DNA from: Chloroflexota bacterium
GTDB taxonomy: Bacteria > Chloroflexota > Limnocylindria > Limnocylindrales > CSP1-4
Direction of reading: 5' to 3'
NCBI GenBank assembly: GCA_046045415.1
Contig: JBJOLT010000015.1
Location: 5,988-69,987 of the forward strand
DNA: 64,000 nt
In this document: one piece after another, positions 1-9,639 of the stretch
Numbering within the stretch: position 1 is the stretch's first letter
Layout of the letters: each line of letters starts with the position of its first letter
Position numbers and translations under genes: made by a program
Notes under the pieces: generated by a model
Told to the model about the DNA's origin: nothing
Database searches by the model: none
What the model saw: the letters and a program-made list of their open reading frames with translations, nothing else

Positions 1-892
1 CGAAGAAGAAGGGGGTGAAGATCGCGCGGAGCGGGAGGATCTCGTGCTCCAGCTCCTTCGCGACCTCGGTCTCCGCGATGATCAGGCCGGCGACGAACGC
101 CCCGATGATCGCCGCGAGCCCGACGAAGTCGGCGAAGAGCGCGAGCGCGAGCATGAGGATGAGCGCGGGGACGAGCGGGGTCTCGGCGAACCGGGGGAAG
201 GTGAACGCCTCGCGCGGGAGGCCGCGGACTCGCCGCGCGACGGCGAACCCGAGGCCCACGAGGCCCACCGCGGAGACGGCGACGAGGAGGGTCGCGGCGG
301 AGACGTCCCCCTCCACGGCCCCGGTGAGGAGCCCGATCGCGATCAGCGCGAGGACGTCGTCGATCACGGCCGCCCCGAGGACGACCCGGGCGAACGGGCG
401 CGACAGGACCCCCATCTCCGCGAGGACCCGGCTCGTGATCCCGATGCTCGTGGCCGCGAGCGCGAGGCCGACGAAGGCGGCGCTCCCCGCCTCCTCGCCG
501 ACCGCGAGCGCGATCGCGACGCCCGCGCCGAGCGGGAGGAGCATCCCGATCACGGCGGTCGCCACCGCCGCCCGGCCGACGGCGAGGAGGTCGTCGGTCC
601 GGACCTCGAGCCCCACGGCGAAGAGGAGGATGACGACGCCGATCTCGGAGAAGGTGATCGCCGTCTCGCCCGGGACGACGAGCCCGAGCGCATGGGGACC
701 GACGAGGAAGCCGCCGACGAGCTCGCCGATGACGGCGGGCTGGCCGAGGCGCCGAGCGACCTCCTCGCCGAGCTTCGCCCCGACGAGGAGGATGAAGAGC
801 CCGAGGAGGACGTCGGTGGGCGCGCCGCCCGCCGCCGGCGCGGCGATACCGCCCGGCAGCGGCGGCGCGATGAGCGCGAGCAGCCCGTCCAT
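1..892 (-). CDS. Monovalent cation:proton antiporter (CPA/Kef-NapA-like Na+/H+ exchanger), 3'-truncated at window edge
   Basis: The minus-strand translation starting at ATG 890-892 (MDGLLALIAPPLPGG...) is a multi-TM protein with Na+/H+-exchanger-like segments. The ORF runs off the window start. Confidence 0.7.
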   Translation of the reverse strand, partial: MDGLLALIAPPLPGGIAAPAAGGAPTDVLLGLFILLVGAKLGEEVARRLGQPAVIGELVGGFLVGPHALGLVVPGETAITFSEIGVVILLFAVGLEVRTDDLLAVGRAAVATAVIGMLLPLGAGVAIALAVGEEAGSAAFVGLALAATSIGITSRVLAEMGVLSRPFARVVLGAAVIDDVLALIAIGLLTGAVEGDVSAATLLVAVSAVGLVGLGFAVARRVRGLPREAFTFPRFAETPLVPALILMLALALFADFVGLAAIIGAFVAGLIIAETEVAKELEHEILPLRAIFTPFFF

Positions 893-905
893 CGACCCTC
901 CCCGG

Positions 906-933
906 CGCGGGCGCCGGCCGTCCGGCGCCCGCG
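906..933 (-). terminator. Perfect 12-bp GC-rich hairpin (CGCGGGCGCCGG-ccgt-CCGGCGCCCGCG) between the heliorhodopsin stop and the antiporter start
   Basis: Seen directly in the sequence. There is no U-tract, which is usual for high-GC actinobacterial intrinsic terminators. Confidence 0.4.
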
Positions 934-948
934 AGTCTCAGCGGCGGT

Positions 949-1770
949 TCAGCCGCCCGGGCGGAGCGTCCCCGTGAAGACCTGCCACGCGAGGAGGGTC
1001 TTCGCGATGAGGCTCATCGCCATGTACGTCTTCTCGCCGGCGAGGTAGTCCTTCCAGCGGCCCACCTGCTTGTACTGGAGGACCATCGTGATCGCGAAGA
1101 CGTTGAAGGCGAGGAAGAGCGACGCGATGATCGCGTAGACGAACGCCGGGATCTGCGCCTCCTCCGGGAGGTCCGGCTGGACGGAGTACGCGACGACGAG
1201 CCCGAGGATCGCGATCCACGGGATGATCCCGGCGATGCACCCGAAGATGTAGTGCTTCCAGTCGACCTTCTCGCCCTTGGCGAGCCGGCCCTCGTTCGCG
1301 GCCTCCATCGACCAGCCGAAGAGGTTCATCGCGACGTTGCAGCCGGCGATCGCGATGAGCGCCGAGAACTCGTTGATGAACGAGAGGCTGGAGATCGCGA
1401 GGATCATCACCGTCGAGCTGAACGCGTACTCCACCCAGCGGAGCGGGTTCATCCCCCGGGCGAGCCACCCCTCGTAGCGCGAGCGGAGGAACCAGCCGGC
1501 GGTCGCGTGGGCGAGCGCGCTCATCGCGAAGAAGCTCGCGATGAACCAGGCGAGCGGGATGTCGAAGAGGGCGAGCTGGACCTCCTCGAGGCCGGCGAAC
1601 GTGCCGTTCTCGAAGATCGGCTTCGCCGTCGTGATGAACGGCGCGAAGCGCGCCTCGGTCGTGCCGACCGCCACCATGACCACGGCCTGGATGCCGTGGA
1701 GGAGCGTGAGCGCGCGGTTCCACCGCGCGAGGGACCGGCTCCGGCCGGGATCGATCGCAGTCGCCGTCAT
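949..1770 (-). CDS. Heliorhodopsin (7-TM retinal-binding protein with inverted topology)
   Basis: The 273-aa protein aligns by eye to heliorhodopsin 48C12. Matching segments include RWVEYAFSSTVMIL, FGCIAGIIPWIAILG and MSLIAKTLLAWQVFTGTL. The TM7 Schiff-base lysine and the TM3 glutamate are conserved. Confidence 0.85.
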   Translation of the reverse strand: MTATAIDPGRSRSLARWNRALTLLHGIQAVVMVAVGTTEARFAPFITTAKPIFENGTFAGLEEVQLALFDIPLAWFIASFFAMSALAHATAGWFLRSRYEGWLARGMNPLRWVEYAFSSTVMILAISSLSFINEFSALIAIAGCNVAMNLFGWSMEAANEGRLAKGEKVDWKHYIFGCIAGIIPWIAILGLVVAYSVQPDLPEEAQIPAFVYAIIASLFLAFNVFAITMVLQYKQVGRWKDYLAGEKTYMAMSLIAKTLLAWQVFTGTLRPGG

Positions 1771-1864
1771 CGGTTCGTCGTCTCCTTCGAGCGCAACAAC
1801 ATTCCCGCGGGATGGGCCCGCACCCCTTCCGTTCGGCCGCGTCCTCGGCGCGGATGGCTCCCGG

Positions 1865-2965
1865 TCAGCGTCGGGCGACGTCCGGGTTCGGGAGGACGAT
1901 CTCGCCGACCGTCGCGACGAGGTCGTGGTACGACTTGATGAAGCCGCGGAGCGTCCGCATCGTCGCGCCGTACGAGTCGAACTCGTCGACCGTCATCCCG
2001 TCGGGCTCGTACGCGCGCCGGAAGTCCGGGATCCGCTCCTCGAGCTCCCGCACCGTCGCCGGGTCGACCGGCACCGCCATCCGCTCGACCGGGTCGATCC
2101 CGCTCGCGTTGAAGCGGGCCTGCCACGCGTGCGGCATCGTGAGGATGACGTCGCCGCCGACGAACTCGGTCCAGTGGAGCCGGTGGCGGTACGCGGCGGC
2201 GAGCGCCCGCGTCCGGTAGCCCCGTTCGCGGTAGATCGCGTAGGCCCGCTTGAAGGCGGCGACGCCCGCCCAGTTCGTCGCGTCGGGGTGGACCGCGATC
2301 GCGTCGCGCTCCACGAGGACCTTCATCCAGTCGTCGAGCCGCCCCACCATGAGCGTGCAGACGGGCGTCATCGACGCGACGTCGTGACCCGCCGCCTCGC
2401 GCCGGACGAGGCCGCGCTCCACCGCCTCGGCGACGGCGATCATCTGCGGGACGGTGAACGAGACGGTCGCGTTGACGCTCACCCCGTGGAAGGTCGCCTC
2501 CTCGATCGCGGCGATCCCGGCGCGCGTCGCGGGGAGCTTCACCTGGATGTTCGGCGCGAGCGCGGCGAAGCGGATCGCCTGCTCGAGCATCCGCTCCGGA
2601 TCGACGTAGAAGGTCGGGTTCGTCTGGAGCGAGAGGCGACCCTTGCGCCCCCCCTCTCGCTCGAAGACCGGCCAGAGGATCGCCGCGCCGCGGACGGCCA
2701 TCTCCTCGACGATCGCCCAGGTGAGGACCTCCTCGGTCCACGTCGGGTGCTCGGCGCGGAGGGCGAGGACCCGGTCGGTCCAGTGGGCCCGCTCCTTCTG
2801 CATCACCTCGAGGACGATCGACGGGTTCGAGGTGGCCCCGACGGCGCCCCGCTCGACGGCGTACGCGAGCTCCTCGACCGCGCACGAGTCGTTCCAGTAG
2901 TCGGTGAGGAAGCGGTCGGTCATCCGCTTCAGCGGGCTCTCGGTCGGCAGCATCGTCGTCGTCAT
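1865..2965 (-). CDS. tal: Transaldolase (long actinobacterial type)
   Basis: 366 aa with the TSNPS motif and transaldolase-family architecture. Confidence 0.85.
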   Translation of the reverse strand: MTTTMLPTESPLKRMTDRFLTDYWNDSCAVEELAYAVERGAVGATSNPSIVLEVMQKERAHWTDRVLALRAEHPTWTEEVLTWAIVEEMAVRGAAILWPVFEREGGRKGRLSLQTNPTFYVDPERMLEQAIRFAALAPNIQVKLPATRAGIAAIEEATFHGVSVNATVSFTVPQMIAVAEAVERGLVRREAAGHDVASMTPVCTLMVGRLDDWMKVLVERDAIAVHPDATNWAGVAAFKRAYAIYRERGYRTRALAAAYRHRLHWTEFVGGDVILTMPHAWQARFNASGIDPVERMAVPVDPATVRELEERIPDFRRAYEPDGMTVDEFDSYGATMRTLRGFIKSYHDLVATVGEIVLPNPDVARR

Positions 2966-2987
2966 CGTCGCGTCCCCATCGAGCGTC

Positions 2988-3827
2988 TCACGACCGCGGC
3001 GCGGCCGGGTCCCAGTCCATCAGCCAGCGGTGGTCCGGATCCACCGTGAAGTGCCAGGCCCGGTTCGGGCCCGCCATCACGTTCAGGTACCAGCCGTCGT
3101 ACCCGGCCGGTGCGCCGAACGGGTGATAGCCGCGCGGGACGAGGACGAGGTCGAGGTCGCCGACCGCGTAGGACTCGTCGAGCGAACGGTCCGCCGTGTA
3201 GACCCGCTGGAAGCCGAAGGCACCGGGCCGCGCGAACCGATAGAGGTAGAGCTCCTCGAGGAGCGCCTCGGTCGGCGGGTCCTCCGTATCGTGCTTGTGC
3301 GGCGGATAGCTCGACCAGTTCCCGCCCGGCGTGATCACCTCGAACGCGATGAGCCGGCCGGCCTCCATCGCGGGCGACATGAGGTGGTGGACCCGCCGCT
3401 CGGTGACGCCGCTCCCGCGCGTCTCGGCGCGGATCGCGTCGGCGGGGACGACCGCGGTCCGGTGGAGCGGGCCCGCCGGGGCCGAGGCGATCGCGACGAG
3501 CGAGTCGCGGGTCGCGGTCGCGGCGACGCCGACACCGGGTGCGACGAGGACGACCCCCGCGGGCGGGCCGTCGAAGACGGACGTCCGCGTCCCGACGGAC
3601 CCGGCGTCGACCCCGTCGAGCTCGATGCGGGCCGTCCCCTCGAGCACGAGGACGAGCCGCTCCCGGCCGTCCGCGGCAGGGCCGACCGAGCCGACCCGGT
3701 CGCCGTTCCGGAGCCGGTGGAGCTCGAGGCTCGTCCACGTCCAGCCGGCGTTCGACGGGTCGACCGCATGGACGAGCGACCCCGCGCCGGGACGGCGGAG
3801 GAGGGATCGGGCGCCCGCCGCGCTCAG
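2988..3827 (-). CDS. iolB: 5-deoxy-glucuronate isomerase IolB
   Basis: The C-terminal ~280 aa match IolB (LVHAVDPSN..., cupin-like YPPHKHD). There is no canonical start near the alignment start. The candidates are a CTG overlapping the iolD stop at 3827 or an in-frame GTG at 3926. Confidence 0.7.
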   Translation of the reverse strand: MSAAGARSLLRRPGAGSLVHAVDPSNAGWTWTSLELHRLRNGDRVGSVGPAADGRERLVLVLEGTARIELDGVDAGSVGTRTSVFDGPPAGVVLVAPGVGVAATATRDSLVAIASAPAGPLHRTAVVPADAIRAETRGSGVTERRVHHLMSPAMEAGRLIAFEVITPGGNWSSYPPHKHDTEDPPTEALLEELYLYRFARPGAFGFQRVYTADRSLDESYAVGDLDLVLVPRGYHPFGAPAGYDGWYLNVMAGPNRAWHFTVDPDHRWLMDWDPAAPRS

Positions 3828-5725
3828 ATGAGCTCCCGACGCTGGGCGGCGAGTCCGCGCTCGTAGCGGTCGCGCGCCTCGCGGACGTTCTTCTGCGTGC
3901 TCGCCTCGGGGACCGGGACGTCCCACCAGCTCTCCTGGCCGGGGACGCGCCCCGCGGGGTCGGTCGGGACGACGACGACGGTCGGCCGGTCGCCGCCCCG
4001 CGCCCGGTCGAGGGCGGCGCGGATCTCGTCGGGTGTCCGCGCGGCGATCGCGACGGCTCCCATCGACTCGGCGTGGGCACGGAAGTCGATCGGGACCCAG
4101 TCGCCGACGAGCCGGTTCCGTGCCGGGTCGCGGAACCGGAGCTCGTTCCCGAAGTCGCGGACGCCCGAGCTCCGGGCGAGGTCCTGGATGCACTGGAACC
4201 CGTGGTTGTCGAGGACGACGATCGTGACGGGAAGCCGCTCGGCGACCGCGGTGACGATCTCGGAGTTCATCATCAGGTACGAGCCGTCGCCGACGATCAC
4301 GACGACCCGCCGGTCCGGCTCGGCGAGCTGGACGCCGAGCCCCGCCGCGATCTCGTAGCCCATGCACGAGTAGCCGTACTCGAGGTGGTACGCCTTCGGG
4401 TCCTCCGGCCGCCAGAGCTTCAGGAGGTCGCCCGGGAGGCTCCCCGCCGCGCAGACGACCGTCGCGTGGCCGCCGACCGCGTCGTTCACGATCCCGATGA
4501 TCTCCGGCTGGGCGAGGAGGCCGCCGTCGGCCGCGGCCGCCCCGCCGCTCCCGTGACGGTACCCGTCGACGCGGGCCTCCCACGTCCGCTTCTCCTCGGC
4601 GACCCGCTCCCGATAGCGGGGATCGGTCCCGGTCCAGCCGGCGGAGCGGAGCGCGGTCGCGAGCGCGACGAGGGCCTCGCGCGCGTCGGCGACGAGCGGC
4701 GTCGCCCGCATCTTCGCCGCGTCCATCCCGCCGATGTTGATCCCGATGAACGAGACGTCCGGATCCTGGAAGGCGGTCCGCGAGGCGGTGACGAAGTCGC
4801 CGAGCCGGCACCCCACCGAGACGACGAGGTCGGCGTCCCGTGCGAGCCGGTTCGCGGCGAGGCCGCCGGCGGACCCGACCGGGCCGACGTTCCACGGGTG
4901 GTCCCACGGGAGCGCGCCCTTCCCGGCCTGGCTCTCGGCGACGGGGATCCCGAAGTCGGTCGCGAGGGCGTCGAGCGCGGCGGACGCCTCGGCGTAGATG
5001 ACGCCGCCGCCGGCGACGACGATCGGCCGCTTCGCCGCCCGGATCCGCTCCACCGCCTCCGCGACGAACGCGGGCTCGGGGAGCGGCCGCCGGATCCGCC
5101 AGACCCGCTTCTCGAGGAACGAGACCGGCCAGTCGTACGCCTCCGCCTGGACGTCCTCCGGGAGGCTGATCGTCACCGCGCCCGTCTCGGCGGGGTCGGT
5201 GAGGATCCGGAACGCCTCGGGGAGGCTCGAGAGGAGCTGTTCCGGGCGGGAGATCCGGTCGAAGTAGCGCGAGACCGGCCGGAAGGCGTCGTTCGCGCTC
5301 ACGTCGCGCTCCACCGGGTGCTCGATCTGCTGGAGGACCGGATCGACGAGCCGGTTCGCGAAGTAGTCGGACGGGAGAAGGAGGACCGGGAGCCGGTTCA
5401 CCGTCGCGGTCGCGGCGCCGGTCACCATGTTCGTCGCCCCGGGCCCGATCGACGAGGTGCACGCGTAGGCGCGGAGCCGGTTCGCGTGCTTCGCGAAGGC
5501 GGTCGCGACGTGGACCTGCCCCTGCTCGTTCTGCGGCCGGTAGTACGGGAGCGCGACCTCGTCGCCGAGCTCCTCGAGCGCCTGGCCGAAGCCGGCGACG
5601 TTGCCGTGGCCGAAGATCCCCCAGACCCCGGCGATGAAGCGCCCCTCGCGTCCGTCCCGCTCGACGTGCTGCGCCGCGAGGTGGCGGACGAGCGCCTGCC
5701 CGACCGTGAGCCGTACCGTCTTCAC
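3824..5725 (-). CDS. iolD: 3D-(3,5/4)-trihydroxycyclohexane-1,2-dione acylhydrolase IolD (TPP-dependent)
   Basis: 633 aa. The N-terminus MKTVRLTVGQALVRHL matches IolD, and the protein has a TPP-enzyme fold (GDGSYLM). Confidence 0.9.
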   Translation of the reverse strand: MKTVRLTVGQALVRHLAAQHVERDGREGRFIAGVWGIFGHGNVAGFGQALEELGDEVALPYYRPQNEQGQVHVATAFAKHANRLRAYACTSSIGPGATNMVTGAATATVNRLPVLLLPSDYFANRLVDPVLQQIEHPVERDVSANDAFRPVSRYFDRISRPEQLLSSLPEAFRILTDPAETGAVTISLPEDVQAEAYDWPVSFLEKRVWRIRRPLPEPAFVAEAVERIRAAKRPIVVAGGGVIYAEASAALDALATDFGIPVAESQAGKGALPWDHPWNVGPVGSAGGLAANRLARDADLVVSVGCRLGDFVTASRTAFQDPDVSFIGINIGGMDAAKMRATPLVADAREALVALATALRSAGWTGTDPRYRERVAEEKRTWEARVDGYRHGSGGAAAADGGLLAQPEIIGIVNDAVGGHATVVCAAGSLPGDLLKLWRPEDPKAYHLEYGYSCMGYEIAAGLGVQLAEPDRRVVVIVGDGSYLMMNSEIVTAVAERLPVTIVVLDNHGFQCIQDLARSSGVRDFGNELRFRDPARNRLVGDWVPIDFRAHAESMGAVAIAARTPDEIRAALDRARGGDRPTVVVVPTDPAGRVPGQESWWDVPVPEASTQKNVREARDRYERGLAAQRRELI

Positions 5726-5771
5726 CCGATGCTCCTCTCGCGTCGCGACCCGCCGGGACGGACCGCTCGCG

Positions 5772-6776
5772 TCAGCGGTTCTTCCGCTCGTCGATGATGA
5801 TCGCGGCGACGATGATCACGCCCTTGACGACCTGCTGGTAGAAGGGCGAGACGTTCAGCAGGTCGAGGCCGTTGTTCATCACGCCGATGATCAGCGCTCC
5901 GACGACGGTCCCCCAGACGGTCCCGATCCCGCCCGCGAAGCTCGTCCCGCCGATGACGGCGGCCGCGATCGCGTCGAGTTCGTACCCCATCCCGAGGGCC
6001 GGCGTCGCCGACTCGACCCGGGCGGTGAGGACGACGCCGCCGAGGCCCGCGAGGAGCCCGGAGATCATGTAGATGAAGACCTTCGTCCGCGCGACGTTGA
6101 TCCCGGAGACCCGCGCCGCGGTCTCGTTCCCGCCGATCGCGTAGATGTGGCGGCCGAAGCGCGTGAAGTTCAGCATCACGTGCATGAGGACGACGACCGA
6201 GAGGAAGACGACGATCGGGACGGGGATCCCGAGGAGGTCGCCGCCGCCGATCCAGAGGAAGTCCTCGTTCAGCGTCGAGACCGGCCGCCCGTTCGAGTAG
6301 ATGTACCCGAAGCCGCGGGCCGCCGTCATCATCCCGAGCGTCGCGATGAACGGCGGGATCCTGAAGCCCGCGATGAGGAGGCCGTTCGTCATCCCGAGGA
6401 GGAGTCCGACGCCGAGGCCCGCGAGGACGGCGACGATCCCCGGGAGCTCGAGGCCCGGGTAGAGCGCCTGCTTCCAGCCGGGCTGCTGCACGAGGCTCGC
6501 GGCGACGAGCGCCGAGAAGCCGAGGATCGACCCGAGGGAGAGGTCGATCCCGAGCGTGATGATGCAGAGCATGACGCCGAGCGCGAGCAGGCCGATGACG
6601 GAGATCTGGCGCACGACGTTCAGCAGGTTCTGGCCCTGGACGAACGAGTTGTTCGGGGAGAAGACGGCGAGGATCGTGCACATCCCGAGGAAGATGAAGA
6701 CGATCAGGTACTTCCTCACGAAGCCGCTCGCGGCGGTCCGGTCGAAGCGGCCGGCGGCGGCCGGGGCAGCGGTCAT
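5772..6776 (-). CDS. Sugar ABC transporter permease (RbsC/inositol-type)
   Basis: 334 aa, about 10 TM segments, branched-sugar permease family. Confidence 0.85.
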   Translation of the reverse strand: MTAAPAAAGRFDRTAASGFVRKYLIVFIFLGMCTILAVFSPNNSFVQGQNLLNVVRQISVIGLLALGVMLCIITLGIDLSLGSILGFSALVAASLVQQPGWKQALYPGLELPGIVAVLAGLGVGLLLGMTNGLLIAGFRIPPFIATLGMMTAARGFGYIYSNGRPVSTLNEDFLWIGGGDLLGIPVPIVVFLSVVVLMHVMLNFTRFGRHIYAIGGNETAARVSGINVARTKVFIYMISGLLAGLGGVVLTARVESATPALGMGYELDAIAAAVIGGTSFAGGIGTVWGTVVGALIIGVMNNGLDLLNVSPFYQQVVKGVIIVAAIIIDERKNR

Positions 6777-6791
6777 CGTCCTCTTCCTCCG

Positions 6792-8291
6792 TCAGGCCGC
6801 CGGGGCGGCGATCGTCGCCGCCTCGAGGACCTTCTCCTGCGTCACGTCCGCGCGGGTGAACTCGGCGGTGATCCGGCCCCCGGCCATCACGAGGACCCGG
6901 TCGCTCATCCCGAGGATCTCGGGGAGCTCCGACGAGACCATGAGGATCGCCTTCCCCTGCTTCGCGAGGCCGGACATGAGGCGGTGGATCTCCGCCTTCG
7001 CGCCGACGTCGATCCCGCGGGTCGGTTCGTCGATCATGAGGATCTCCGGGCCGGTGAGGAGCCAGCGCGAGACGAGCACCTTCTGCTGGTTCCCGCCGGA
7101 GAGGAGCCGGATCAGCTGGGCGAGGCTCGGCGTCTTGATCGCGAGCGCGTCCCGCTCGCGCGCGCACTCGACGTCCATCTGCCGCTTCCGGAGGAAGCCG
7201 CCGGGGCTGAACCGGGCGAGGCTCGCGACCGTCATGTTGTCGCGGACGGGGAGGACCCCCATGATCCCGGTCAGCTTCCGGTCCTCGGTGAGGAGGCCCA
7301 TCCCGGCGGCGATCGCGTCGGCGGGCTGACGGATCCGGATCGGCTTCCCCTCGACGAGGACCTCGCCGCGGTCCACCTTCGTGACGCCGAAGATCGCCTC
7401 GAGGACCTCGGTCCGCCCCGCGCCCATCAGCCCGGCGAGGCCGAGGATCTCGCCCCGGCGGAGGTCGAACGTGATGTCCTCGATGACGCCCTCGCGGGTG
7501 AGGCCGCGGACCGAGAGGACGACCTCGCCGATCGCGGCATGCTCCTTCGGGAAGAGGTGGGTCAGCTCGCGCCCGACCATGAGCGAGATGAGCTTCTGGC
7601 GGTCGAGCTCGCCGGCCTCCTTCGTGGCCACGTGCCGGCCGTCGCGGAAGACGGTGACGCGGTCGGCGATCCGGAAGACCTCGTCCATCTTGTGGGTGAT
7701 GTAGATGACCGCGACGCCGCTCCCGCGGAGCGACCGGATGATCCGGTGGAGGTGGGCGACCTCGCGCTCGCTGATCGCCGAGGTGGGCTCGTCCATGACG
7801 ATGAGCTTCGCGTCGTAGGAGATCGCCTTCGCGATCTCGACCATCTGCGTCTGCGCGACGCTCAGGGTCCGCATGACGGCGCGCGGGTCGATCTCGATCT
7901 CCCAGCGCGCGAAGAGCTCGCGGCTCGCGGCGATCATCCGGCGCCGGTCGACGAGACCGAGGCGGTTGAGCGGCTCCCGCCCGAGGAAGATGTTCTCCGC
8001 GACGATCATCTCGGGGACCGGCGCGAGCTCCTGGTGGATCATCGAGATCCCCAGCCGGAGCGCGGTCGCGCTGTCGGGGATCGCCACGTCCCGACCGTCG
8101 AAGTGGATCGTCCCGGCGTCGGCGTGGTAGATGCCGGCGAGGACCTTCATGAGCGTCGACTTGCCGGCGCCGTTCTCGCCCATGAGCGCATGGACCGTCC
8201 CGCGCTCGACCTCGAGGTGGACGTCGTCGAGCGCCTGGACGCCCGGGAACGCCTTCGAGATGCCCGTCATCCGGAGGAGCGGCTCACCCAT
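6792..8291 (-). CDS. Sugar ABC transporter ATP-binding protein (duplicated ABC domains, RbsA-like)
   Basis: 499 aa with Walker [10 protein letters not shown] and a second ABC domain. Confidence 0.9.
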   Translation of the reverse strand: MGEPLLRMTGISKAFPGVQALDDVHLEVERGTVHALMGENGAGKSTLMKVLAGIYHADAGTIHFDGRDVAIPDSATALRLGISMIHQELAPVPEMIVAENIFLGREPLNRLGLVDRRRMIAASRELFARWEIEIDPRAVMRTLSVAQTQMVEIAKAISYDAKLIVMDEPTSAISEREVAHLHRIIRSLRGSGVAVIYITHKMDEVFRIADRVTVFRDGRHVATKEAGELDRQKLISLMVGRELTHLFPKEHAAIGEVVLSVRGLTREGVIEDITFDLRRGEILGLAGLMGAGRTEVLEAIFGVTKVDRGEVLVEGKPIRIRQPADAIAAGMGLLTEDRKLTGIMGVLPVRDNMTVASLARFSPGGFLRKRQMDVECARERDALAIKTPSLAQLIRLLSGGNQQKVLVSRWLLTGPEILMIDEPTRGIDVGAKAEIHRLMSGLAKQGKAILMVSSELPEILGMSDRVLVMAGGRITAEFTRADVTQEKVLEAATIAAPAA

Positions 8292-8443
8292 CCCTGCCTC
8301 GCGACCTCAGGCTCGTCACACTGCCGCCGGTCACCGTGAACCGGCCCTGAAACGCCGTTCGGAGGCCCGGCGAACCGGGCCTCCGAACGGTACCACTCGC
8401 GGTGTTCGCTTCGACCGCCCCGGAGGGACGGCCTCGCGGGCTC

Positions 8444-9412
8444 CTAGTTGGCGCCCAGGTAGTCCGCGATGTTCGCCGGGGTCACGAGGACATACGGGAT
8501 GTCGACGTAATCCGGCACGGTCTTGCCGTTGATGAGGTCGACGGCCGCCTGGACGCCGCCGCCACCCTGGCCGCTCGCGTCCTGGAAGACGGTGACCTCG
8601 AGCTCGCCCGCCTGCATCGCGGCGAGCGCCTCGGAGGTCGCGTCGACACCGCCGACGAAGACCGTGTCGAGGAGCCCGGCCGCCTTGAGGGCGTTGATCG
8701 CGCCGAGCGCCATCTCGTCGTTGTTCGCGCAGACGACGTCACCGGCCTTGAGGATGCCCGACTGGATCCAGTTCTCGGTGATCGCCTGGCCCTTCGCGCG
8801 GTCCCAGTCGCCGGCCTGCGTCGCGGCGACCTTCATCCCGACCTTCGCCGCAACGTCGTTGCAGCCCTGGGTCCGGAGGACGGCCGCCTCGTTCGAGACC
8901 TGGCCCTGGAGGATGACGATGTCACCCTTGTTGCCGGCGAGCTTCGCGAGCTCCTCCATCTCGACCGTGCCCGCGTAGAGCGAGTCCGAGCCGACATAGG
9001 GGACCCCGGCCTGCGACGGGTTCCGGTTGACGTAGACGAGCGGGATCCCCGCCGCCTTCGCCGCATCGGTCATCGGGCCGGCGGCGCTGGTGTCGACCGG
9101 GACGACGACGATCGCGGAGACCTTCTGCGAGATGAAGTTCTCGACCTGGCTGAGCTGGGTCGCGACGTCATCCTTCGCGTCGGTGATGACGAGCTCGACG
9201 CCGAGCTCCTCCGCCTTCGCCTTCATGCCGTCCTGGACGCGGCTGAGGAACGTGTCGCTGTTCGGGAACGCGGCCCCGATCGTGATGTCGCCGCCGCCGC
9301 TCCCGCCGTCGGCGGGGGCCTCGGACTCGGTCGTGCTCCCGGAGCACGCCGCGACGACGAGCATCGCGGCCATCAGCAGGCTCGCGAGCTTCCCGGTGCG
9401 CTGGAACGCCAT
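8444..9412 (-). CDS. Periplasmic sugar-binding lipoprotein (substrate-binding protein of the ABC importer)
   Basis: Signal peptide plus lipobox (VVAACSG) and a periplasmic binding protein type I fold. A GGAGGA Shine-Dalgarno sits 8 nt upstream. Confidence 0.85.
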   Translation of the reverse strand: MAFQRTGKLASLLMAAMLVVAACSGSTTESEAPADGGSGGGDITIGAAFPNSDTFLSRVQDGMKAKAEELGVELVITDAKDDVATQLSQVENFISQKVSAIVVVPVDTSAAGPMTDAAKAAGIPLVYVNRNPSQAGVPYVGSDSLYAGTVEMEELAKLAGNKGDIVILQGQVSNEAAVLRTQGCNDVAAKVGMKVAATQAGDWDRAKGQAITENWIQSGILKAGDVVCANNDEMALGAINALKAAGLLDTVFVGGVDATSEALAAMQAGELEVTVFQDASGQGGGGVQAAVDLINGKTVPDYVDIPYVLVTPANIADYLGAN

Positions 9413-9517
9413 CTACGGATTCCTCCTCTGTCTCACCGATCGGCCGGTCCGTGCCCCGAGGGTCACGCGTCCCGTCGGTCGGTCATCGATTGCCGGACGC
9501 TACCGAGCCGGCATCGC

Positions 9518-9537
9518 ACGCGTCAAGCGATGACGCG
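9518..9537. promoter_or_regulatory. Candidate operator: 7-bp perfect inverted repeat CGCGTCA-agcga-TGACGCG in the 228-bp region upstream of the binding-protein gene
   Basis: The palindrome is seen directly in the intergenic region between the iolE stop and the binding-protein gene start. Confidence 0.3.
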
Positions 9538-9639
9538 CGAGATGGCGACACTTTACGGTCTCCGGGCGCGCTCGTCATCACCGATCCGCGACCGATCCGC
9601 GACCGCGCCGAGTCCGACGGGCGCCGGGGGACGGGGCCC

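Noticed and set aside
3824-3926. Long 5' extension of iolB, with a GTG at 3926 overlapping 100 nt of iolD
   Set aside because: The extension translates to R/P-rich sequence typical of an alternative frame of the iolD coding region, and IolB homologues align only from about residue LSAAG. This was kept only as an alternative start, not as a feature.
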